Below, in pieces: positions 8,312 through 15,716 of a DNA stretch of 64,000 nucleotides. The notes beneath the pieces are model-generated. The model had not been told where the DNA came from. It worked only from the letters and a program-made list of their open reading frames with translations, and ran no database searches. Position numbers and translations under genes: made by a program. How positions within the stretch are numbered: position 1 is the stretch's first letter; each line of letters starts with the position of its first letter. Source of the stretch: a virus (taxonomy: Duplodnaviria; Caudoviricetes); the IMG/VR virus record IMGVR_UViG_3300031853_000001, positions 116,933-180,932 of that record, one strand, 5' to 3'.

Positions 8312-8532
8312 AAGATAAGTTCACTGGGCTCTTCTAAAGTCCAGTACCAAAGCCGAATGTCACATAAAGTTAACGACGGTGCGGTATGAAAAGACCACGC
8401 TGTAGTGGCACGGGCAGAGCTAATCCGGCAAGGAAAGCGGCGGTTAAAGTGAAATCGCGACGCGGAAAGAGAAAGAATAACAACCAGTGATGGGTCGAAA
8501 GACGTCTTATCAGTTTTCTCGGTCACTTTTAT

Positions 8533-8606
8533 AGTCCGTTAGTTTAACAGTAAAATATAACCCTGTCACGGTTAAGTTACGAGGGCAGCACTCGTACGGA
8601 CTGCCA
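8533..8606 (+). tRNA. tRNA-Asp(GTC) with atypical T loop GGCAGCA
   Basis: AGTCCGT/ACGGACT-G-CCA; TAACC-CTGTCAC-GGTTA. Confidence 0.85.
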
Positions 8607-8724
8607 TAGACTCAAACAGCAATATTTTACTTGCATGTGGGGCCGGAAGTATTGGTTTAACTCCAGTTCTCTCCACCACATGGAGAGATAGTGTAACGAT
8701 AGCACGCCGTATAGTATGAGTCTA
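8607..8724 (+). ncRNA. stem-ACAGCAA cassette 3 containing a circularly permuted tRNA (GTG/His-like anticodon)
   Basis: TAGACTCA/TGAGTCTA; the 3' half (T arm, TCTCTCC-A-CCA) precedes the 5' half (GGAGAGA-TA-D arm). Confidence 0.7.
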
Positions 8725-8730
8725 GTATAT

Positions 8731-9283
8731 CGGGTTGTAGCGCAGTTTGGTAGCGCGCCTCGCTTGGGAAAAGCGATTTGTGCTTAATTATTATGTTAGA
8801 CATTACTCAACAAAAAGGAACGATTACAGAATTACGATGTATTTTAGATTTAACTAATTTGGGAATACGATGTTTAGTTCCTGTAGATGAAAGTTCTAAA
8901 TATGATGTAGTAGCAGATTTAAATGGTACTTTTATTAGAATTCAATGTAAAACAGCTTGTTGGGCTAAAGATACCGTTCAAGAAAAAGTAGCCTTTGAAA
9001 TAGATACTTGTCGAAGTACAACAAATACTAAAACTACTACTCATTATAAGTATTCTGCTAATGAAATTGATTATTTTTATACATGGTTTGAAGGACAAGG
9101 TTACTTAGTCTCCATTAAAGAAGCAAAAGGTTTAACTTTTAGATGGCGATATGAATATCCTTCTACCAATCAAAAACAAGGTATTCATATCGCAGAATTA
9201 TATAAGACTGAGGAGGTTTTAAAAGCACTCTAAAATTTTCCTGGACGAGGAGGCCGCAGGTTCAAATCCTGCCTGCCCGACCA
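8731..9283 (+). tRNA. tRNA-Pro(TGG) split by a 476-nt endonuclease-bearing insert (8767-9242)
   Basis: 5' half CGGGTTG..CCTCG-CTTG; 3' half GGA-CGAGG..GCAGG-TTCAAAT-CCTGC-CTGCCCG-A-CCA. Confidence 0.85.
8778..9233 (+). CDS. PD-(D/E)XK homing endonuclease (I-Ssp6803I-like) inside tRNA-Pro; likely start ATG 8793
   Basis: KG.ITE...KYDVVAD...IRIQCKT motif. Confidence 0.8.
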   Translation: MCLIIMLDITQQKGTITELRCILDLTNLGIRCLVPVDESSKYDVVADLNGTFIRIQCKTACWAKDTVQEKVAFEIDTCRSTTNTKTTTHYKYSANEIDYFYTWFEGQGYLVSIKEAKGLTFRWRYEYPSTNQKQGIHIAELYKTEEVLKAL

Positions 9284-9394
9284 TAATCAACTGGGTTTGA
9301 AGGTTATCCCATTTGAAAAACCTTCCCCTTTCTTTCTTGACTTTTTCTAAAAATTTTGATATAATAAATATATCAAAGGAAAGGAAATAAAAAG

Positions 9395-9622
9395 ATGGAT
9401 AAGAAAGAACTTTCTACTAATGCGGCAAAAGCAGAATTTGTAAAGTCTATTCATAATTGGCTTATGCGAACTTTAGAGCAAAACAATAAATCTGAATATA
9501 AAGATTGTTTTACTGTTGAAGGTTCTAGTATTATGTGCCAACTGCCGCAAGACTACTTTAATTCATGTAGTATTCCAGCGAACACTAAGATTGAAATGAA
9601 GTTTATTTCTAAGAAATCATAA
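9395..9622 (+). CDS. hypothetical protein
   Basis: Promoter at 9337-9365, RBS. Confidence 0.65.
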   Translation: MDKKELSTNAAKAEFVKSIHNWLMRTLEQNNKSEYKDCFTVEGSSIMCQLPQDYFNSCSIPANTKIEMKFISKKS

Positions 9623-9626
9623 CTAA

Positions 9627-9718
9627 TAAGCCTTTACTGCAATTACTTAAATGGTTAAATTATTTTGCTTGAATACAAAATGAGAGAAGGTTCGAGCCCT
9701 TCACAATTAAAAGGCTTA
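9627..9718 (+). ncRNA. stem-ACTGCAA cassette 4 with an acceptor-less tRNA body
   Basis: TAAGCCTTT/AAAGGCTTA; D-loop-like AAATGGTTAAA; ATTTTG-CTTGAATA-CAAAAT; GAAGG-TTCGAGC-CCTTC. Confidence 0.6.
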
Positions 9719-9734
9719 GCAAAGTTAGAAACTA

Positions 9735-9800
9735 AAGGCACAAGCAGCAACAAGACGTTTTAATAATTTGATAGTGGATTAAATTTATTGAGTGTGCCTT
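9735..9800 (+). ncRNA. stem-GCAGCAA cassette 5 with a GTG anticodon-like arm
   Basis: AAGGCACA/TGTGCCTT; TTTGA-TAGTGGA-TTAAA. Confidence 0.55.
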
Positions 9801-9809
9801 GATTATTAA

Positions 9810-9886
9810 GTCGGTTTAGCTTAGCTGGTTAAAGCACTCGCCTTGTAAGCGAGAGACCTTCGGTCCGAATCCGAAAACCGGCTCCA
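9810..9886 (+). tRNA. tRNA-Thr(TGT)
   Basis: GTCGGTT/AACCGGC-T-CCA; CTCGC-CTTGTAA-GCGAG. Confidence 0.9.
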
Positions 9887-9907
9887 TCTAAAAGAAGGAG
9901 TATTAAA

Positions 9908-10354
9908 ATGGGACTTTTTAATCGGTCTAAAAAAGAGCCTACAAAACAATATATTCCACCTGAGCAGCCTAAAAAATGCGAGCATAAATTTCAAGATTTT
10001 CCTTGGTATATAGAAGGAGAAGAAAATGAAGGTAATGTATATGGTTGTAACTCTTGGTATCATCTAGTAATTAAAGAACCTTATGTTTGTATTTATTGTG
10101 GCGAAAGATATGATAAAATATTGTGGGAAATAAGACGATATGGCTCTCATAAAGAAGCAATGCAGGCTCTAGATGATGTTAATGAAAAATTTAAAGACCG
10201 AATAAGACATCGCGCAGAAATTGAAGATATGATAAATGATATGCAATTAGTCGATCCTCAATATTTACAATATTATCATATGCTTCAGGGAACAAAAGAC
10301 CCATCTACTTCTCGATTATATGAGCAAGAAATTAAACCAAAATTAAAAACTTAA
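9908..10354 (+). CDS. hypothetical protein
   Basis: RBS AAGGAG, 148 aa. Confidence 0.7.
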   Translation: MGLFNRSKKEPTKQYIPPEQPKKCEHKFQDFPWYIEGEENEGNVYGCNSWYHLVIKEPYVCIYCGERYDKILWEIRRYGSHKEAMQALDDVNEKFKDRIRHRAEIEDMINDMQLVDPQYLQYYHMLQGTKDPSTSRLYEQEIKPKLKT

Positions 10355-10357
10355 TTT

Positions 10358-10476
10358 TATGCGGTCACAGCAATTTTAGATTTAATCTAAGTGTCATCGG
10401 TTCGATTCCGATTATTCCAGCCATTTAATTTGGAGTGTAGCTCAATTGGTAGAGCATTAGAATTATAAACCGCATA
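10358..10476 (+). ncRNA. stem-ACAGCAA cassette 6 containing a circularly permuted tRNA (TTT or TAT anticodon)
   Basis: TATGCGGT/ACCGCATA; 3' half 10381-10423 (ATCGG-TTCGATT-CCGAT, TATTCCA-G-CCA), then 5' half 10431-10461 (TGGAGTG-TA-GCTC-AATTGGTA-GAGC-A-TTAGA). Confidence 0.75.
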
Positions 10477-10489
10477 GTACGATATTTAA

Positions 10490-10554
10490 GACGCTTACAG
10501 CAATTTAATACAGTCGCACACATAAATAATTACATGACTAAGTAATAGAGCGTC
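10490..10554 (+). ncRNA. stem-ACAGCAA cassette 7
   Basis: GACGCT/AGCGTC; TACAGCAA. Confidence 0.55.
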
Positions 10555-10577
10555 GCGTTTTTATTTGAGGAATTAAA

Positions 10578-11012
10578 ATGAAGTTATATACATCTTATTT
10601 CGCGCAATTAAGGAATTTTCCACCAAATCTTGTTGGGCTTTCAACTGCAATTTGGAATCCCAAATGGTTGAATCCTGGCCGCGATAAAAATGGAGCAATT
10701 TGGTTAGATATTCCGCCACTTAAACCTGGGAAGGAGTGCGATGGATTATGTAATGGGAAGTGTGCTCCAAAACATCCTAATGATTGTGATTTTCTTAAAG
10801 TATATCGTAAGCAACTTGATAGGATAGATTTTAAGATGTTTATTGAACATTTAGAAACTCTTGCTAAAACTATTCAACTTGGCGAAAATTTAGACGAAGT
10901 TAATTTTGCCTTTCTTGTTTATGAAAAGTATGATAATCCTTGTAGTGAACGCGCAATAATTCAACAATGGTTTAAGGATAATGGAATGGAGATTGAAGAA
11001 TGGAAGAAATAA
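10578..11012 (+). CDS. DUF488-like protein
   Basis: MKLYTSYFA...YEK....CSER..I..W pattern. Confidence 0.55.
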   Translation: MKLYTSYFAQLRNFPPNLVGLSTAIWNPKWLNPGRDKNGAIWLDIPPLKPGKECDGLCNGKCAPKHPNDCDFLKVYRKQLDRIDFKMFIEHLETLAKTIQLGENLDEVNFAFLVYEKYDNPCSERAIIQQWFKDNGMEIEEWKK

Positions 11013-11332
11013 ATAATTATGATTGGCTTCATTATATTCCACAGGGTTGGAAAGAAATTGGCCGACAAATGATTCAAGAGTGCGAAGCAATTGACCCAAC
11101 TTACTGCATTTGCGATTTAAAAGAAAAATGGGGAACCCTTGATGTAATCGCAAATTGTGATATGACTTATTGGCGTGAAATAGATATGATTGAAAATAAG
11201 TATGAAAAATTAAGTGCAAGAACTTGTTGTTCCTGCGGCCAACCCGCTACAAAATATTCTACTGGATGGATTCTTCCTTGGTGTGATAAATGCGGCGATA
11301 TGGATGAAAAGTTTTATAAGAGGTTTGAATAA
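11000..11332 (+). CDS. hypothetical phage protein
   Basis: KEKWG.L...TC..CG...GWI...C pattern. Confidence 0.65.
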   Translation: MEEINNYDWLHYIPQGWKEIGRQMIQECEAIDPTYCICDLKEKWGTLDVIANCDMTYWREIDMIENKYEKLSARTCCSCGQPATKYSTGWILPWCDKCGDMDEKFYKRFE

Positions 11333-11428
11333 GGCGGGTTAAGCCTAATTTGGTAAGGCAGGAGATTGCTAATCTCTGAGTAATCGGTGTATACCGGTGT
11401 TTCGGTTCAAGTCCGAAACCCGTCGCCA
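11333..11428 (+). tRNA. tRNA-Ser(GCT)
   Basis: GGCGGGT/ACCCGTC-G-CCA; GGAGA-TTGCTAA-TCTCT; long variable arm. Confidence 0.9.
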
Positions 11429-11430
11429 AT

Positions 11431-11588
11431 TGTGGACTGTTGGCTTAGAAGCAGCCATTCAGCTAAGGAGTTCTTAATTTCTCTATTAGTGCGAAATGTA
11501 TTGTGGGCTACATTTGTTATAATGCCCCACGAGTATGATGTGCAAATAGGTAATAGGAATATAAGATTTGGCGTAATAGCACACCACA
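11431..11588 (+). ncRNA. mimic of 23S rRNA H43-H44 (L11-binding / GTPase-associated centre)
   Basis: TGTTGGCTTAGAAGCAGCCAT (11438-11458) and GCGTAATAGC (11571-11580), closed by TGTGG/CCACA. Confidence 0.7.
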
Positions 11589-11719
11589 AATATTGAGCTG
11601 GCCAGAGTAGCGTGCAGAAAGCTCATTAAACACGGGGTTACTACATAGACTTGCCCACGCCTCTTAACAATGCGTACCTTGGAGAGCGCGTGTTCCGCGA
11701 CGTTTAACTGCGGATTTAT

Positions 11720-11794
11720 GCGGGTGTAGTTCAACGGCTCGAATACTTGGCTTCCACCCAGGAGATGAGGTTTCGACTACCTCTACTCGCACCA
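11720..11794 (+). tRNA. tRNA-Gly(TCC)
   Basis: GCGGGTG/TACTCGC-A-CCA; CTTGG-CTTCCAC-CCAGG. Confidence 0.9.
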
Positions 11795-11797
11795 TAT

Positions 11798-11874
11798 AGG
11801 GAATTAGCGTAATGGTAGCGCCGCGGGCTTTGAACCCGTCTGTTGTAAAGGTTCGATTCCTTTATTCCCTGCCA
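11798..11874 (+). tRNA. tRNA-Gln(TTG)
   Basis: AGGGAAT/ATTCCCT-G-CCA; GCGGG-CTTTGAA-CCCGT. Confidence 0.9.
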
Positions 11875-11947
11875 ACCCAGATAGCATTAGGGTTTTCGGT
11901 GCGATAAACTTGCTATCGGTTTGCACCTGTTTTAAGGAGATTATATT

Positions 11948-12184
11948 ATGAAACGAGGAACAGATCATTCTTGGGAAGTGCGTAAATATTTAGGAGACAT
12001 AGCTTGGTATGCACATTGTAAATGTGGGTTTGAATATGCTTGCTCAAAAAGTAAAAGAAATAATGATGGGACTTGGTCCGTTGAGCAAGAAATAGATTGG
12101 CTTGCCCATTATTGCCCAAATTGTGGTGCTCGCAAGAAATGGTATAATCTTGAAATAATTAAAATAAATAAACATAAGTTCTAG
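11948..12184 (+). CDS. hypothetical Zn-ribbon protein
   Basis: CKCG..YCPNCGA; RBS AAGGAG. Confidence 0.65.
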   Translation: MKRGTDHSWEVRKYLGDIAWYAHCKCGFEYACSKSKRNNDGTWSVEQEIDWLAHYCPNCGARKKWYNLEIIKINKHKF

Positions 12185-12196
12185 GAGGTTAATCGG

Positions 12197-12511
12197 ATGA
12201 ACAAAGATATTTTAGATTTTATTAACAGGAGATTTCCTATTACCGATGAAGATAATGACAATTGGATGACAACCAATTGTTATTACTTCGCCCGCATTTT
12301 AAAAACAAGATTCAAAGGTGAAATTTGGTATGACTTGGTTGATGGTCATTTTCTCTTCCGTCGCGGCGATTACTTTTTTGATTGGACTGGGGTTAGATTA
12401 GAATATGATTTAAATAAGCCCGAAACGGTTGATAATCTAGTCAAGTGGTCTGATTATAAAAAGGTTGACCCTGTGCATTATGATAGAATTGTAAGAGATG
12501 TAATTAATTAA
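12197..12511 (+). CDS. hypothetical protein
   Basis: RBS AGGAGG; NCYYFA..L..RF...GH...DWTG. Confidence 0.7.
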   Translation: MNKDILDFINRRFPITDEDNDNWMTTNCYYFARILKTRFKGEIWYDLVDGHFLFRRGDYFFDWTGVRLEYDLNKPETVDNLVKWSDYKKVDPVHYDRIVRDVIN

Positions 12512-12525
12512 AGAGGATTAAAATT

Positions 12526-12771
12526 ATGAGTAGATTTCTAAGAAATATTAATGATTTAGACGCTTTTCGCGCGGCCGTAAGACAGTGTAAGGGAGATGTA
12601 ATTCTTCGCAGCACTGATGGGGTGGAAGAGTTTAATTTAAAGAGTAAGCTATCGGAATTTATTGCTTTGGGTAAGTTAGCAGATACTCATGGCGATGAAT
12701 ATGAAATTTTTTGTATGGATAGAGCAGATGAAGCAGTTTTATTAAAGTATTTTTATGATAGAGATCATTAA
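12526..12771 (+). CDS. HPr-fold-like small protein
   Basis: CKGDVILRS.DG..NLKS.LS pattern. Confidence 0.5.
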   Translation: MSRFLRNINDLDAFRAAVRQCKGDVILRSTDGVEEFNLKSKLSEFIALGKLADTHGDEYEIFCMDRADEAVLLKYFYDRDH

Positions 12772-12779
12772 TTAGTATA

Positions 12780-12807
12780 AAACCCGCGAAAGCGGGTTTA
12801 TTTTTTT
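12780..12807 (+). terminator. intrinsic terminator
   Basis: AAACCCGC-GAAA-GCGGGTTT followed by a T tract. Confidence 0.8.
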
Positions 12808-12825
12808 AGGTGGAGGTGGGAAAAA

Positions 12826-15633
12826 ATGAGTAAAAGTTTTAATTTTGCAAATTTTGGTAATTTATATTATTACCCAGGATTTAAACAAGATTTCTTTTAT
12901 TTTAATAGTTTACTTTCTAATTATGAAAGAAATCCACCAAATTTAGCTTATGTAAAATATGCTCAAGGAATTGGACAAACAGCTGTCTCAGAATTATCTA
13001 ATATCCCTGGAATAGGTTTGGAACAAAAAAATCAAGATGATTTTTTAATAGATCAAATTTCTCAAATCTTACAAATTCTTAATGCAGCTATTGTTCAAGA
13101 AAAAGAAAATGAAATAAAATTTGTAGATGATAAAATTGCTATGCTAAAAAATAATATAGATCCTAAATATTATAGAAAAAATCAAGATTTAGCTGCAATT
13201 GAGCATTTTTTACTTCAATTAAAAACTGAAGATGGTGAAATTAATTATGACGCTTTAATTCCATTATTAAATATTGTTGAACAAGGATTTGAAAATTCTA
13301 AAGAAATATTTAATTTTGAACAAAAACATTTAGAAGATTTAGATAATGCTGTAAAAAATAATAAACAAGCTTTAGAAAATCAAATTCGTGGGTTGTTAAA
13401 AACTGACAAATACCGTAATAAATCTGCTGAAGAACAAGAAGAAATATTAAACCGCTCTTTAAAGAAAAGAGACAAATTGAGAGTAGAATCTTATTTAAAA
13501 CAATCTCATTTAACAAATGTTCCTAGTTTTAAAAAATATATGGCAAATATGACAACAGCAGATTATAAAATTGCCAATTGGATTTCAGAACAAATTCAAA
13601 ATGTTTTAGATAATAATTACAGTACTTGGGCTACACTATTACAAAATAGCGGATTTACAAAAAATGGATATAAAACCGTCGCTGAAAATATTAAAGAAAA
13701 ACTTATTAGCTCCGTTTCTGCTTTTGCTGCAGAACATCAAGCAGAAATTCTTACTGACGGTTTAAAAACATTGGATTTAAACAGTTTTTGTAATGATTTA
13801 ATAAATGACTTTAATATAAGTCTTGGAACTAAAATTAGTAATGTACCAGATGATTTTGGATTAAAAGAAAATCATTTAAAGTTATTTGAACAAGCTATTG
13901 AAGCAAATAGTGATACTTATTATTCTGCTGAAGGAATTTATCAAGCATTAGAAGAAATAATGGGGAAAATGAAAAGAAAAAACAGTTCTTCATACTCTCC
14001 AGAAGAACAATTAATTGACGGTCTTATTGGTAAAAATACTGTAACAAATTTTTATGATGATACTATTGAGCCCATTAATAAAATTATTAAACAAATGGAG
14101 CAACTTATTGAATTAGAAAAAAATAATAAAGCTTCAATAGTTTTACAAAGAAATAATGAAACTAAAACTATTGAAGCAGCAATTACTATAGACGGTAATA
14201 CTATTACTCAAAATTTTAGTCAAGCTTTCTCTTCTGCGGGACTAAAATTATACCAAAAAAAGAATTATATTCCAGCAAGTTTATCTTCTATAGTAACTAA
14301 TATGAAAAGAGCTGCAGGAAAAAAAATACGCGATGAAATTGTAAGAATAATTACTTCAAGGCCCGCACAAGCACGAAAAGATTTACAAACTGATATGGCG
14401 CATGCTTTACAACAAATTCATGTTGAAATAAAAGGGCCAGAAGTTTCAGAAATACTTCAAGGTTTTGACAAAACTTGGTCAACAAAAATTTGGACTGGTC
14501 GAACAAATGTAAAAAATGACGTAATTGAAATTGTCGTAGGCATGCCAAATGGTCAAGAAACAAGTATGATAGTAAATAATCTTTTAGAAGGAAATATCAA
14601 TGCGATAAATAAACCTGCTTATATTAAAAAATTTTTTCAAGGCTATTCAGAAGTTTTTAAAGATTTTCAATCTCAATTTGAACAAGCAATTACTAACGAT
14701 ATGATTCAGACAAGAAATGCACAAGAATATACCGATTACGACAAAATGGCTGAAAGATTTTTTAAAACTCAAGAAATCAAAAATGAAATGATTAAAAAAA
14801 TTAATGAATTATATGGACAATATAAAGAAGAATTAACCAAACAAATAAAAGATGAAGAAAAAAGAGCAAAAAGTATTGATAATATCGAACGCGCTGCAGA
14901 AAGATTTATCCAATCTATTAGAGATACTCTTTATGTTAGTTCAACTATGAAAACTTATACAAATTATCAAAATGATCTTGGCTTTACAGGGGGTAGTTTA
15001 GGTTCTACAATAGATTCTCAAATCGAATCTTTTGACCAATTATTTACAGCTGCAGGAATGCCAATTGAAACAACACTAAAACGATGGTTAAAATTTGCTA
15101 TTTTAAACTGTTCACCAGTTAGTGTAGTCGGAGAAAAAAATAAAGATTTTATTGAAAATTATTTAGGGGGATTAGCAGTATTTTCTTTATTTAATGAAGG
15201 AGGAGCAGAGTTAACTTTATTGCACCAACAATTACAAAATCAAGAATTAATAACCACAAATAATATTATGCATCTTTATAGGTTAAATGGAATTTATTAT
15301 CCTGGCTCTTATGTTTTAAAACAAGTTGTTGAAAATTTAAATATGGTAGTTACTCAAATTAATGAAGCTCAAGCTACAGTCGCAAGAAAAAATATTATGA
15401 TTTATAACCCTGCATCTTTTGACGTTTTACCAAATGGAAAATTTTCTAATGGAAAATTTTCAAAAGGTTCAGGAAAAAATAAAATATTTAAAACACAAAA
15501 TGAAACTAACCCTTGGAGCTATGTAGGGGAAAAAATTAATAGCCAAGTCCAAATAAAAGTTCTATTTTTAGCAGGTTTATTAGATGTGGTTAAAAATTTA
15601 CATAAACAAATGGAATTTGAATTACCACAATAA
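12826..15633 (+). CDS. large hypothetical protein (935 aa, coiled-coil rich)
   Basis: Long ORF, RBS GGAGG; no recognisable motif. Confidence 0.8.
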   Translation: MSKSFNFANFGNLYYYPGFKQDFFYFNSLLSNYERNPPNLAYVKYAQGIGQTAVSELSNIPGIGLEQKNQDDFLIDQISQILQILNAAIVQEKENEIKFVDDKIAMLKNNIDPKYYRKNQDLAAIEHFLLQLKTEDGEINYDALIPLLNIVEQGFENSKEIFNFEQKHLEDLDNAVKNNKQALENQIRGLLKTDKYRNKSAEEQEEILNRSLKKRDKLRVESYLKQSHLTNVPSFKKYMANMTTADYKIANWISEQIQNVLDNNYSTWATLLQNSGFTKNGYKTVAENIKEKLISSVSAFAAEHQAEILTDGLKTLDLNSFCNDLINDFNISLGTKISNVPDDFGLKENHLKLFEQAIEANSDTYYSAEGIYQALEEIMGKMKRKNSSSYSPEEQLIDGLIGKNTVTNFYDDTIEPINKIIKQMEQLIELEKNNKASIVLQRNNETKTIEAAITIDGNTITQNFSQAFSSAGLKLYQKKNYIPASLSSIVTNMKRAAGKKIRDEIVRIITSRPAQARKDLQTDMAHALQQIHVEIKGPEVSEILQGFDKTWSTKIWTGRTNVKNDVIEIVVGMPNGQETSMIVNNLLEGNINAINKPAYIKKFFQGYSEVFKDFQSQFEQAITNDMIQTRNAQEYTDYDKMAERFFKTQEIKNEMIKKINELYGQYKEELTKQIKDEEKRAKSIDNIERAAERFIQSIRDTLYVSSTMKTYTNYQNDLGFTGGSLGSTIDSQIESFDQLFTAAGMPIETTLKRWLKFAILNCSPVSVVGEKNKDFIENYLGGLAVFSLFNEGGAELTLLHQQLQNQELITTNNIMHLYRLNGIYYPGSYVLKQVVENLNMVVTQINEAQATVARKNIMIYNPASFDVLPNGKFSNGKFSKGSGKNKIFKTQNETNPWSYVGEKINSQVQIKVLFLAGLLDVVKNLHKQMEFELPQ

Positions 15634-15716
15634 TTTTTTATAAAACTTTTATACAAGTATTCCTACATATCAATGAGGAGAACAAATCCTCACTCTAACC
15701 AAGGAGGTATAGACCA

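Noticed and set aside
8410-8445. TCC-GGCAA-GGA-AAGCGGC resembling SRP RNA helix 8
   Set aside because: No CAGG/AGCA symmetric loop; the region is structured but unassigned
8767-9242. Group I intron in tRNA-Pro
   Set aside because: No P7 (GACTA/TAGTC) core or space for one, unlike the gyrB and dnaE introns
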